A stretch of DNA of 63,968 nt, the filler included, from Octopus bimaculoides (taxonomy: Eukaryota), in the NCBI RefSeq assembly GCF_001194135.2. It is 8 parts of 7 records of this genome, joined end to end, with 100 filler letters (N's around TTAATTAATTAA, not from the genome) between each part and the next. Parts side by side here need not be neighbours in the genome. Positions count along the whole stretch, not along the records: positions 1 to 23,868 come from NC_068987.1; 7 more parts are not named here. One strand, given 5' to 3'. Under the pieces are notes generated by a model. The model had not been told where the DNA came from. It made no database searches and saw only the letters and a list, made by a program, of their open reading frames with translations. This document shows positions 1 through 11,849 of the stretch, piece after piece; the first letter of the stretch is position 1, and each line of letters begins with the position of its first letter. Position numbers and translations under genes: made by a program.

Positions 1-74
1 AATGTACATGATAACACATCCAATCAGTTAAGATCAGAAGCCATGAGAGCCACTGCCTGGTACTGCATCCGGGC

Positions 75-128
<54 letters not shown>
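1..128 (+). mobile_element. Probable 3' end of a non-LTR element with (ATT)n tail
   Basis: ...GGTACTGCATCCGGGCATT followed directly by about 16 ATT units; a simple-repeat tail is typical of LINE/SINE 3' ends. Family not assignable. Confidence 0.4.
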
Positions 129-152
129 CGTGGTAGACATAAACTCCGTAAT

Positions 153-571
153 ACTCTTTACTCTTTTACTTGTTTCAGTCATTTGACTGCAGCTATGCTG
201 GAGGACAGCCTTTAGTCGAGCAAATCGACCCCAGGACTTATTCTTTGGAAGCCTAGTACTTATTCTATCGGTCTCTTTTGCCGAACCGCTAAGTTACGGG
301 GACTCAAATACACCATCATCGGTTGTCAACCGATGTTGGAGGTGGGACAAAGACAGACACACAAACATATACGCACAAATACATATATATATATATATAC
401 ATATATACGACGGGTTTCTTTCAGTTTCCGTCTACCAAATCCACTCACAAGGCTTTGGTCGACCCGAGACTACAGTAGAAGACACTTGCCCAATGTGCCA
501 CGCAGTGGGAATGAACCCGGAACCATGTGGTTAGTAAGCAAGCTACTTACCACACAGCCACTCCTGCGCCT
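153..571 (-). mobile_element. SINE family A (tRNA-derived head, CORE-like block), full length
   Basis: Reverse complement of the element at 13344 and 28925: head with A/B-box-like motifs (TGGCTGTGTGG ... GGTTCATTCCC), CORE-like TTGGGCAAGTGTC, internal (TA)/(TG) run, tail ending GAAACAAGTAAAAGAGTAAAGAGT. Confidence 0.9.
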
Positions 572-1419
572 AATGTTAAATTTCATTGAAAAGAATTTGT
601 TTAATGGTGTTAATTTTTGTTAAAACTTTGAATAAGAACTCTTGCTTTGCTGTGTGAAGAGGACTACCAAATTGCTTCCTAGAGGAAAACATTTTTATGA
701 AATTATTTTTATTTGCTCTCATCTTTTTTTTTAACTGTTGGAATTATGAAGTCAATAACGCCTTCTATCAGACTAAGCGACGAGTTAGCGAGAGAAACGA
801 TTCATGCCACTACCAAATTAATTAGGCAACATTACATTTCTACGCACCCTTTATTCTAATAGGACAGCTGCCAAGGATAGCTGTAAGAAGTAGTGCATGC
901 ACAGGAACGCGAATAACAACAACCACCACAATGATAACAACAAAAATAACAGCAATAATAAGGCAATGTTTTTGACAATGAGAATACCAACACAGGTAAC
1001 AATGGCAGCAGAAGAAGCGGCAATAGCCAGAACGACAACAACAACAACAACAACAACAATAAAATCAACGACGGCGAAGACGTAAATGGCAGGGACGATT
1101 TCACGGGCAGGTAATATTTTGCTGGCATGGCTGCGAAGTCAACAAAATATTTCTTGCTCTGTCCAAGGATCCATATGTGACACAAGCGGCACAATGTTTG
1201 AAAGAGATTGCAAGGGGGGAGCGGGAGCACAAGCTAGCAATCCCAGCGATACAGCCGCAAAGCGTCGCTGTATCGCCACGTGTCAACAAAATCTTAACAC
1301 GTAGAGACAACAACACTCACTAAGAGGAAAAGGTCCTCAAAAATCTATGTGTATGCTGTGTACAACGACTCATGGAACCATCATGAGGATGTGACAGTTA
1401 TTACACTAAACGATATACA

Positions 1420-1649
1420 CGCAGATGCCAGAATCGTTAGCACGCCGAGCAAAATGCTTAGCGGTATTTCGTCTGCTGTTACGTTCTGAGTTCAAATTCC
1501 GCCGAGGTCGACTTTGCCTTTCATCCTTTCGGGGTCGATTAATAAGTACCAGTTACGCACTGGGGTCGATATAATCGACTTAAACCGTTTGTCTGTCCTT
1601 GTGTGTCCCCTCTGTGTGTAGTCCCTTGTGGGCAGTAAAGAAATAAGAA
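1420..1649 (+). mobile_element. SINE family B, tail type 1
   Basis: Head GAATCGTTAGCACGCCG, B-box-like GAGTTCAAATTCC, central GCCTTTCATCCTTTCGGGGTCGAT block (recalled as Meta/MESC-domain-like), tail ...GGGCAGTAAAGAAATAAGAA. Homologs at 22609 and 53301. Confidence 0.9.
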
Positions 1650-2759
1650 NNNNNNNNNNNNNNNNNNNNNNNNNNNNNNNNNNNNNNNNNNNNNNNNNNN
1701 NNNNNNNNNNNNNNNNNNNNNNNNNNNNNNNNNNNNNNNNNNNNNNNNNNNNNNNNNNNNNNNNNNNNNNNNNNNNNNNNNNNNNNNNNNNNNNNNNNNN
1801 NNNNNNNNNNNNNNNNNNNNNNNNNNNNNNNNNNNNNNNNNNNNNNNNNNNNNNNNNNNNNNNNNNNNNNNNNNNNNNNNNNNNNNNNNNNNNNNNNNNN
1901 NNNNNNNNNNNNNNNNNNNNNNNNNNNNNNNNNNNNNNNNNNNNNNNNNNNNNNNNNNNNNTATATATATATATATATATATATATCTGCATGTAAGCAT
2001 ATACACTCACTCACATACACACATAATATCTATGAATTATGTATATGTGAATGCGTCAAGTGGGTTTCTATAGATGTATTTAGAAGCCCAACCCAACAGT
2101 ACGTTATTTGTGCCATTCCTAAGAGACTTAAATGTTTGTTTACATAACAGTAAAAGTAATAGAAAACCGAAAACAAAAAAAGAAAATATTTATGAAAAAA
2201 AAACACAAGACAAGTAACATAAAGAGAGCAAACGCATATAAACACAAATAAAAGAAACGAAGAAGAGAAGCGAGAACGCGATGATATATTTGACTATCCA
2301 TCGACTTGTAACGCTAGCGACAAGCATTAGATCTTTAACTGGAAATGAAATATCAAAAGTTACGCAATATTCCGGTGGAAATATATAAAAGAAAAACGTT
2401 GTGAGGATTACCTTTCCTGTTGGTGTTCGCTTACTCATGTCTGTCGTGTTTTNNNNNNNNNNNNNNNNNNNNNNNNNNNNNNNNNNNNNNNNNNNNNNNN
2501 NNNNNNNNNNNNNNNNNNNNNNNNNNNNNNNNNNNNNNNNNNNNNNNNNNNNNNNNNNNNNNNNNNNNNNNNNNNNNNNNNNNNNNNNNNNNNNNNNNNN
2601 NNNNNNNNNNNNNNNNNNNNNNNNNNNNNNNNNNNNNNNNNNNNNNNNNNNNNNNNNNNNNNNNNNNNNNNNNNNNNNNNNNNNNNNNNNNNNNNNNNNN
2701 NNNNNNNNNNNNNNNNNNNNNNNNNNNNNNNNNNNNNNNNNNNNNNNNNNNNNTATATA

Positions 2760-2975
2760 TATAGGGAGAATTCACAAAAAAAAAAGACGAAGACAGGTGG
2801 TGTAGACGACAAACAGATGTATTAGTTTAACGCTCGGGAAATGAAAAAGTCTTTAACGTTTCGAGCCTACGCTCTTTCACAGAAAGGAACACAGAAAGAA
2901 ACAAGGAGAGAAAATAAAGAGAGAAAATAAAGAGAGAAAATAGAGAATGTGTAGTGGTTAGCGATCTATCATGGC
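2760..2975 (-). mobile_element. Family D: Penelope-like non-autonomous element end with hammerhead-like fold
   Basis: Homologous to 4000-4090, 9580-9790 and 17090-17285. Minus strand reads CTTT-CTGTGAAA-GAGC-GTAG-GCTC-GAAAC-GTT-AAAG. Confidence 0.65.
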
Positions 2976-3164
2976 GAATGATATATATACATACATATGT
3001 ATGTATGTATGTATATATGTAAGTATGTAAAGACTCGGTTTGGTAATTCAAACAAGAAAATAGAACTCAAACAAAAGTATATACATATATTTCATAATTA
3101 ATTGGCTGAAGCAACAGAGTGACTCAAGAGCCGAGAGTTTCGAGCATTGATAGATATGTACGTA

Positions 3165-3770
3165 CCAGGTTGAATGAAAAGTTCATTTTATATTTTCATC
3201 AGATTATAGCCTGTCATATTCTATTGTTATGCCAGGAGCTCGATTCCAAGCTTATTCCATTTGTCTGGTTTAGAGGCGAAAAACTCCCTGAGCCTGTTTT
3301 CAATCTCTTCCACAATGTTGAACCGCCATTCGTGTAGGAAATAACCCATGGCTCGGAAAAGGTAGTAATCCGATGGTGCAAAGTCTGGACTTTTGGCTCA
3401 GCCGGCCCCTCAAATTCCTCGAGTTTACGCTTGATCACGCTGGCATTGTGTGCTGGAACACTGTCATGCTGTAAGAGTGCACGTCTTCCGTTGACTAATG
3501 CTGAGTAACTGGCTTTCAAAGCATCATGTACTCGCTGCAGTTATTGAGCATAAAGGTTAGATAGAATTCAGAGAAAAACCATCTGAGACAAGATCAAAGT
3601 GCAATACTCCTCGAAATTCCAGCAAACGCACAACATGGTCTTCTGTTCAAACCGTCCTTGTTTGACAAGCGGTTCTGAAACCTGGTCAGAACGAAGCTAC
3701 CAATTTCTCTCGCTAGGATTACGAAAATAGATCCATTTTTCATCCCCAGGTACATTTCGTGGTCAAAGTG
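3165..3770 (-). pseudogene. Decayed mariner (Mos1/SETMAR-like, DD34D) transposase fragment with one TIR
   Basis: Frameshifted translation gives DEKWIYFRN, QGRFEQKTMLCVCWN, LLQHDSVPAHNA and APSDYYLFRAM..F, matching mariner catalytic-domain motifs. TA|CCAGGTTGAATGAAAAGTTC at 3163 resembles a mariner TIR. Confidence 0.85.
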
Positions 3771-3782
3771 TACATTATATGT

Positions 3783-3845
<63 letters not shown>

Positions 3846-3999
3846 NNNNNNNNNNNNNNNNNNNNNNNNNNNNNNNNNNNNNNNNNNNNNNNNNNNNNNN
3901 NNNNNNNNNNNNNNNNNNNNNNNNNNNNNNNNNNNNNNNNNNNNNNNNNNNNNNNNNNNNNNNNNNNNNTATATATATATATATATATATATATATGGG

Positions 4000-4090
4000 A
4001 GAATATACAAATAATAACAGCAGACGAGGACAGGTGGTGTAAATAACAAAAGGATATATTAGTATGACGCTCGGGAATACGGAAAGTCTA
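4000..4090 (-). mobile_element. Family D partial copy lacking the hammerhead part
   Basis: GGGAGAAT...GACGAGGACAGGTGGTGTAAATAACAAA...GACGCTCGGGAA matches 2760-2850. Confidence 0.6.
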
Positions 4091-4197
4091 TATATATACA
4101 TACCTGTATATGTATTTATATGTGTGTATACATGCAAACACACACACATACACATACACACACATATATATATGCGTATGGGTGAATATATATTTAG

Positions 4198-4240
<43 letters not shown>

Positions 4241-4629
4241 GCAAGAGGAAGATACACCGAGGTGGGGTGAGGAGAGAAACTTTGATGAAATGGCATTTCA
4301 AATGTATACGTGTGTGCGCGGGCGGTTTGTGTTTGTGTGAGGTACATTTCGTGAGTATTTCACTTGTTAAAGGTTTCTGCAGTCTGCGTCCTCAAATAAA
4401 GCATTGAATATTTTTAACTCCCAGCTAGATACCTTACACCTTATACAATCAACCATTGGTTGCGACTTCTTAACACTACCTACCTGTTTCCTTAAGATAC
4501 TGAATAATATTGGCAGATCAAGGGGCGGATTCGGGTGCTGAGTTGAAGTGCTTGCACAAAGCACGCACTAATTAATGGGCATTTCCGTGACAGGTAAGCT
4601 GCTTAGCCCTCAGGCATCCGACACTAAGT

Positions 4630-4674
<45 letters not shown>

Positions 4675-4779
4675 CCACAGCGTGGGATCTTTACAAACAA
4701 GCTTCGTCTTTTCTTCTTCAACGGAAGTTAGTAAAATAACTTTGAAATAAAGAAAAAAAAAAAAGAAATAAAGAGAAGC

Positions 4780-4870
4780 GCAGGGTTACCATCCGCCTGA
4801 GCAGAGTCGGTGACAAACGTATTCAAAATGGCGGAAATAGTCACACCAGTGCGTCCGCTCTGTCGAATTG
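4780..4870. promoter_or_regulatory. CpG-rich candidate promoter/first-exon region with YY1-like motif
   Basis: CAAAATGGCGG at ~4824-4834 in unique CpG-rich sequence; minus-strand donor-like GGATG|GTAACC near 4790. Confidence 0.35.
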
Positions 4871-4916
4871 TGTAGGGTTGGCTATTTCGTGTGTCTTTTA
4901 TATTTAATCTTTTATC

Positions 4917-5367
4917 TTTTACTTTTACTTGTTTCAGTCATAGGCTTGCGACCATGCTGGGGCACAGCCTTCAAAGGTTTAGTCGAACAGATAATTGATT
5001 CCAATAATTATTTATTTATTTACTTATTTATTTTGAGTCTGGTCCTTATTGTATTAGAAGGTTTTGTCAAAACCCTAAGTCACGGGGACGTAAGCAAATC
5101 AAAACCGGTTGTCGAGCAATGGTGCGGGCGTACAAATACAAACACAAAGACGCGCACAAACACACACACACGTACACACACACACACACACGCTCACACA
5201 CACATCTATATGTATATACGACGGGCTTCCACACAGTTTCCATCTACCAAAATCGACCCGGGTCTACAGTAGAAGACACTTGCTAAAGTTACCTTGCAGT
5301 GAGTTTGAACCGATGCCAGGTGGTATACAAAATAAGCATCTTAAGTACACAACCATGCCTGTGCCTG
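4917..5367 (-). mobile_element. SINE family A, diverged full-length copy
   Basis: Collinear similarity to 153-571 from tail to head. Confidence 0.8.
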
Positions 5368-5371
5368 TATA

Positions 5372-5406
<35 letters not shown>

Positions 5407-5523
5407 CCCTTTCTTTCTTTCTCTCTCGCTCTCTCTTTCTTTCTTCCTCTCTCTCTCTCGTCTTCTATGGCTTCTGCTGCCTTTCAATTTATGAATCTTC
5501 AGATCCTCTATCACTCACTATAT

Positions 5524-5860
5524 CAGTGGTCCTCGACCGGGTTCCATACGATCCCTGAAGGTCCATATAAGATTTTGGTGGGGTCCATTCAATGAAATAG
5601 TAAATTAGGGACCCACAATAGCATGTTAAGAGACCCTGAAAGAATTTTGCTTTAGGTGTATGTATTGGTATCTATTGCAAGAAACGGGTCAGCTTCTTTC
5701 TCTAACATTTTACTTGCACAACTTATATGTGAAGTATAAATTCGGAATTTTGGAAGAAATTTCTATAAAGCAAGTTTTAAACATTGAATGGCTATACGGG
5801 TCCACCAGAATAGAATAGTAGTCAAAAGGATCTATAAGTAAAATATGTTGGGAACCCTTC
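5524..5860. mobile_element. hAT-type MITE
   Basis: Degenerate TIRs CAGTGGTCCTCGACC / TGTTGGGAACCCTTC, flanked by a near-perfect 8-bp TSD CACTATAT / CTCTATAT (7 of 8). Confidence 0.7.
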
Positions 5861-6052
5861 CTCTATATAGAGCTATTATAGGCAAACTGCAAACCACAGA
5901 CCTAAGTCAAAATTTACAATGAATTTCCTTTGTTTGGTTGTTTGCTTTGGTAGTGCCTTATGGTAAACTGCGTCTTACGCGGCCAGCTTCTCGAGAAACG
6001 TTTCCCATGACTGATATACACAACTTCTTGTTTCAGTCAATAGACTGATATT

Positions 6053-6239
6053 CATTTCTACTCTAGGCACAAAGCCCGAAATTTTCGGGGTGGGGGCTAG
6101 TCGATTAGATCAACCCCAGTACGCAACTGGTACTTAATTTATCGACCCCGAAAGGATGAAAGGCAAAGTCAAACTCTGCGGAATTTGAACTCAGAACGTA
6201 GACAGACGACATACCGCTAAGCATTTCGCCCGGCGTGCT

Positions 6240-6243
<4 letters not shown>
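6053..6243 (-). mobile_element. SINE family B, tail type 2
   Basis: Same head and core as 1420; different tail (...GAAATTTTCGGGCTTTGTGCCTAGAGTAGAAA on the minus strand). Confidence 0.9.
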
Positions 6244-6287
<44 letters not shown>

Positions 6288-6887
6288 CACGCACGCACAT
6301 TCTCGTACAAATCAACATCTAACAACGATATTGATGTAGTCACTTGTAGTTTATTCTGAATGTGCCGAGACTGAAACAAAATGTGTATCCAGATTTAAGA
6401 TATGCACATATATGTAGCGATAGAGTTACTTCAAGTTGATCAAGTTAAACTACTCACACTATTTCATCATCTTCTCTTTTACACTCAACTTACCAATCTA
6501 AAACCAGGAACCAATGGGTGGAATGAAAGAATTTCTTGCCAGAACACAGCTGGTCGAATCGTTAGCATTCTTAGTTGAAAAAATCTAAAATTCGCATCCT
6601 GTCAATCCCGCTGCTTAGTACAGGGTAAGATGACACCTCTTTTCTGTCCTACTGTACTGGGTTACTAACCACTCTTTAATCATATTTTATATCACCATTG
6701 GGCGTCTTCTGGCCAATCACTAGTTCATAGCATTTCTGCCTAGGAAGTACCTGTAATTTGATGCAGAATAAATATCCCAAGGACCTTTGTTTGTAAAACA
6801 CTGGTTTTCGTTGGATTTTATGTCTCTCGCCAATATAAATCGGCGAAAGACACAGAAAACCACTGTCTCTCTCTCTGTCTCTCCCCT

Positions 6888-6935
<48 letters not shown>

Positions 6936-7095
6936 AAACACACACGAGTACACGTATACATATACATGCATATACAGGGCCTCCGTAAGAAAGTTGACGA
7001 AACAAGAGTGCTTTCGGACCACGGGAAAGGGATCATTTAAAGCAGATGTGAGATTTGGGGATTGATTTTGTGGTGGGTGACAGAAAAACACGAGC

Positions 7096-7190
7096 GCTTA
7101 CTTGGCTCTCTGCGTCTCAGACCGCTGTACCAGTTGAACTCCTTTCTTATAGGCTATGTACGCGCTCGCGCATGTCCTGTACCCGGATAT
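7096..7190 (-). promoter_or_regulatory. Candidate TATA promoter, short first exon and splice donor
   Basis: Minus strand: CpG-rich GCGCGAGCGCG, CTATAAGA at 7152-7145, and CAA|GTAAGC donor at 7101. Confidence 0.3.
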
Positions 7191-8174
7191 GCATCTATAT
7201 ATACACGTAGATGTAGGTATGTACATATATGTATGTATACATGCACATGCTCATATATCATTTGTATATGTATGTATGTATGTATATATATATATATATA
7301 TATATATAAACAGTGTACATTTAAACACATAAGTGGTATCTCTCATAGGATTCCTTGCACGTTAGAAAGAACAGCTAAAGTCCAAACCACTATTAGGGAT
7401 AAATTACGAAGGGAATGGAAAATAAAAACACTTACCACCTGTCTCCTGGACCATGGTTTCAGACTTCTTTTAGCAAATGAAATAATTTGCTAGGCAAAGT
7501 CTTCATCAGCAGGTACACCTAGATTAAACATATAAGCATGATGCAACCCAACATATGCCCCGTGCTTATACATTCTAATTTTTCAAGACTACAGCGCAAG
7601 AGCAGCTCCTTATCGGCAGTAAATAAAAATAATGCTGGCGTTTCATTCGAGGATTTTCCAGAAATAGATTTTATATATATATATATATATGCGTCGGTAA
7701 GCCTGAGCCCACAACAGAAGACACTTGCCTCTGGTGTCGCTACAAAGCATTTCCGTGCTTTTTTTTTTTTTTTTTTCGTTACTATTTAGTTGGGAATGAT
7801 AAAGCAACAGTCGTGACCTTTTGTTTTCTTTCGTGAGTTTCCGAAACTAGAGGACGTAAGGGAGGAAATTGTCCTGACCAGGGCTGAATGATTGGAGCAG
7901 AGTGAATTACGTACAAGGTAACGAAAAATTAGGTGGTGGTACTGAACCAGTTAATGGATTAAGTGTGCTACACAAGAACTCAGAAACGCAAAAGACTGAG
8001 AGAACCACCAATATACCGCAAAACATCTTGTTTCCCGTTCCAACAAATACTGCCAATCTATCGCTCTGAACCGGGACTTCAAGACTCCTAAAGAAGAAAA
8101 TCAAAACTGACTTCGGCGAGATTTGAACTTAGACTGCACAGCAGTGAAATAAATTTCCTAGATATTACTATTTC

Positions 8175-8419
8175 GAGTCCTAGGACTCATAGAGCCGATT
8201 ACCCGGTTTCCATGGCATTTAAGTGACTGAGATCAAAACGTTAGCCCATCGTGGGACGACGACCCATCTCAGGGTTATTTCTTTACAGCTGAGTAAACTG
8301 GAGCAATGTGAAATGAAGTATTTTGCTCAAGAACATTAAGCACCGCTTGATCCGAGGAATCGAAACCACGATCTAGCGATAGTAAGTGCAACGCCCTAAC
8401 CATTAAGCCACGCGCCCTC
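8175..8419 (-). mobile_element. SINE family C (tRNA head, CORE-like TTCTTGAGCAAAATAC)
   Basis: tRNA-like head GGCGCGTGGCTTAATGGTTAGGGCG...GGTTTCGATTCC. Related to 14643 and 59970. Confidence 0.8.
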
Positions 8420-8445
8420 GTCAAAATACACACAACTGTAACAAC

Positions 8446-8663
8446 TTCTTTTCTACTATAGACACAAGACTTGAAATTTCGGGGTGGTGGTGGGGTAAGT
8501 CGATTACATCGCCCCCAATCGAGTGCTGGAGTACTCGTTTTATCGACCCCGAAGGAATGAAAAGCAAAGTCGATCCCGGTGGAATTTGAACTCACACGGT
8601 AAAGACGGACGAAATGCTGCTAAGCATTTTGCCCGGCTAACGATTCTGCCAGCTCGCCGCCTT
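8446..8663 (-). mobile_element. SINE family B, tail type 2
   Basis: Complete head AAGGCGGCGAGCTGGCAGAATCGTTAG on the minus strand, with core and tail as at 6053. Confidence 0.9.
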
Positions 8664-9579
8664 AAAGAGCTGAAACAAATTCTGTAAAGTATTTTGTCTT
8701 AACGCTCTAACGATTCCTAACAATTTCCGAGTGCTGCCTTGAAGTTACTTTTGTCTGTCTATCCTCCTTATGTAACTAAGTATCGAAAGTCATTTAGTAC
8801 GAAATAGTAGCATATCTGCCACTCATCCAGATTTCTGTTTAATCCCTCCATAATATATAAAAATAATCCGATAAAATAGATTTCTCTTGACAGCTAAAAT
8901 TAAATCAATTGTTGTTTAGTGTCATCTGTGCAGCTGTTACTGCTTATATATTGTATGTTACAGTACTTTATTCGCATAACTGTAAATATGATTTTATACA
9001 TACAAACATGCGTTGTATACATACTCACAGGCAGACAGACAGATAGACAGACAGATCAGATAGATAGATGTGCGTGCATATACATGTCACACACACGCAC
9101 AGTTACTGCCACACACACACACACACACACACACGCGCGCTACCATACACACTTACAGTATCACACTCACACATGCCACCACCACCACATGCACATAAAC
9201 ACACACACACAGTTACTGCCACACACACACGCTATCATGCACACACACATGCCACCGAACACACCCACAAATACACACAGGTATCACCCATTCTTCACTC
9301 TCTCTCCTATACCAGAAAGTACTTTCTCTTTGTCCATCTACATCCGGTCATTCCAAAATGTAAATTACACGTAGAATGCTGGCGATTTTTTCCTCCTTCT
9401 TCCTTTTCTTTTGAACTTTCCAATGTCTTCTGTTTCACCAGAAGAGCTTTGCTCGAAACATAAAGCAACCACTCTTTCCTTCCTTTTCTGAGCGTCTTAT
9501 GAATACTTTGCCATGTATCGCGTCCTCGCGTTGTTTTTTCTCCGTTTTTTTTTGTTTTTTTTAATTTTTTTTATATATA

Positions 9580-9790
9580 GATCCCTAACCACTACACACA
9601 TTTCTTTTCTCTGCTTTTTTTTTTGTCTCTGCTTGTTTCTCTCCTTGTTTCTTTCTGTGTTCCTTTCTGTGGAAGAGCGTAGACTCGAAACGTTAAAGAC
9701 TTTTTCAATTCCCGAGCGTTATACTAATACATCCATTTGTTATTTACACCACCTGTCTTCGTCTTTTGTTGTTTTGTGAATTCTCCCTGT
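9580..9790 (+). mobile_element. Family D Penelope-like element end with hammerhead-like fold (9663-9698)
   Basis: CTTT-CTGTGGA-A-GAGC-GTAG-ACTC-GAAAC-GTT-AAAG; inverse orientation to the 2760 copy. Confidence 0.65.
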
Positions 9791-9807
9791 ATATATATAT
9801 GTGTGTG

Positions 9808-9838
<31 letters not shown>

Positions 9839-9839
9839 T

Positions 9840-9884
<45 letters not shown>

Positions 9885-10049
9885 GTATATATATAAACTT
9901 CCATTATGTGTTTGTATNNNNNNNNNNCGAAACGTTAAAGACTTTTTCAATTCCCGAGCGTTATACTAATACATCCATTTGTTATTTACACCACCTGTCT
10001 TCGTCTTTTGTTGTTTTGTGAATTCTCCCTGTATATATATATGTGTGTG

Positions 10050-10080
<31 letters not shown>

Positions 10081-10081
10081 T

Positions 10082-10126
<45 letters not shown>

Positions 10127-10166
10127 GTATATATATAAACTTCCATTATGTGTTTGTATATATATG

Positions 10167-10207
<41 letters not shown>

Positions 10208-10619
10208 AATCACACTTATAACTCGTAGATAAAACTATAAATAATCTTATCTACTATAGACAAAAAGGCCTGAAAGCATTTTGTCCGGCGTGCTAAATGA
10301 AAAATATTGTGTATGTATGTATGTATGTATGTATGTATGTGTGTGTGTGTATGTATGCCTAATGTTTTTCTTAGAAGTAGGAAGCTGGTTTCCATCAAAG
10401 AAACGAAAGCTCCATTGCTGTAATTTGGATAACAATAATGATAATAGTTGCATAACTAATTTAAGAAAGTCTTATATATTTTTGCTGTTCCCCTTACAGA
10501 TGATATAAATAAAGTTCGAGTTAGCCGGTCTTGTCGCTTAAACACTGACTAACATAACCGAGATATATAGTAATCGTTATTGGCATAATTGTAAACGTAT
10601 AATCAAGTTAGAAGAGCCG

Positions 10620-10861
10620 CGGATTTCGAAGTATTTATCCCTAGATATTCTCGCTGTCATTGATTTTGGAAGGGGTGTTCACATCTACCGAGCAGCTAAC
10701 CTCTATGACTGCACATGACCTTTTCTTGCGTCCCAAATAACTACATCGAGTCTATTATGGTGGAAGTTTTAATAGGAATGTTCCTCCTTGTGCTCATGTG
10801 TTTAAGTATTCTGTACCACAGGTTTTGCTTATATTCATCCCAGAACAGTTCCTTCTGTGTG

Positions 10862-10870
<9 letters not shown>
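10620..10870 (-). pseudogene. Relic of a restriction-like endonuclease (PD-(D/E)xK) non-LTR element, R4/Dong- or NeSL-like
   Basis: Minus strand with one frameshift reads HNRLDVVIWDARK-CAVIEVSCSVDVNTPSKINDSENI*G, matching the HNRPD-x-VIW...IEVSCP-D-N RLE pattern. Confidence 0.7.
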
Positions 10871-10906
<36 letters not shown>

Positions 10907-11796
10907 GTATGTGTGTGTGTATATATATATATATATATACATATGCTGACTGGGCTGGGTGGAGGAGTTTGTTCCCCCTCGCAAACATAAGGACACAGTA
11001 ATTGTGTCAAGGCCGACAGGAAGTGGTCCAGCTTCCTAGGGCTAAACAGCAGTAGTATATTCCCTTATTGGGATTGTCACATTGAGTTGACAATATACAA
11101 CAACTTTATCGTATCACTACTGCTTAACTCTCTCTGAGAGATTTACAAATATGATATTTCATATTNNNNNNNNNNNNNNNNNNNNNNNNNNNNNNNNNNN
11201 NNNNNNNNNNNNNNNNNNNNNNNNNNNNNNNNNNNNNNNNNNNNNNNNNNNNNNNNNNNNNNNNNNNNNNNNNNNNNNNNNNNNNNNNNNNNNNNNNNNN
11301 NNNNNNNNNNNNNNNNNNNNNNNNNNNNNNNNNNNNNNNNNNNNNNNNNNNNNNNNNNNNNNNNNNNNNNNNNNNNNNNNNNNNNNNNNNNNNNNNNNNN
11401 NNNNNNNNNNNNNNNNNNNNNNNNNNNNNNNNNNNNNNNNNNNNNNNNNNNNNNNNNNNNNNNNNNNNNNNNNNNNNNNNNNNNNNNNNNNNNNNNNNNN
11501 NNNNNNNNNNNNNNNNNNNNNNNNNNNNNNNNNNNNNNNNTATATATAAATGTGTGTGTGCATATAGATAGATATATGCACACATATTAATATACAATTA
11601 CGCACATATAAGGACATGTGTATGTATGTGCGTGCGTGTTTGTGTGTGTGTGTGTATGTGCGTGTGTGTGTATGTATATGTATATATGTGTGTGTGTGCG
11701 CGTGTGCATATAGATAGGTATATACACACATATAAATATACATATACGCACATATAAGGACATGTGTATGCGTGTTTGTGTGAGTGTCTGTGAGTG

Positions 11797-11849
<53 letters not shown>

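Noticed and set aside
9686-10159. Exact 232-bp direct duplication
   Set aside because: The copies are identical and separated by exactly 10 N: an unmerged contig overlap.
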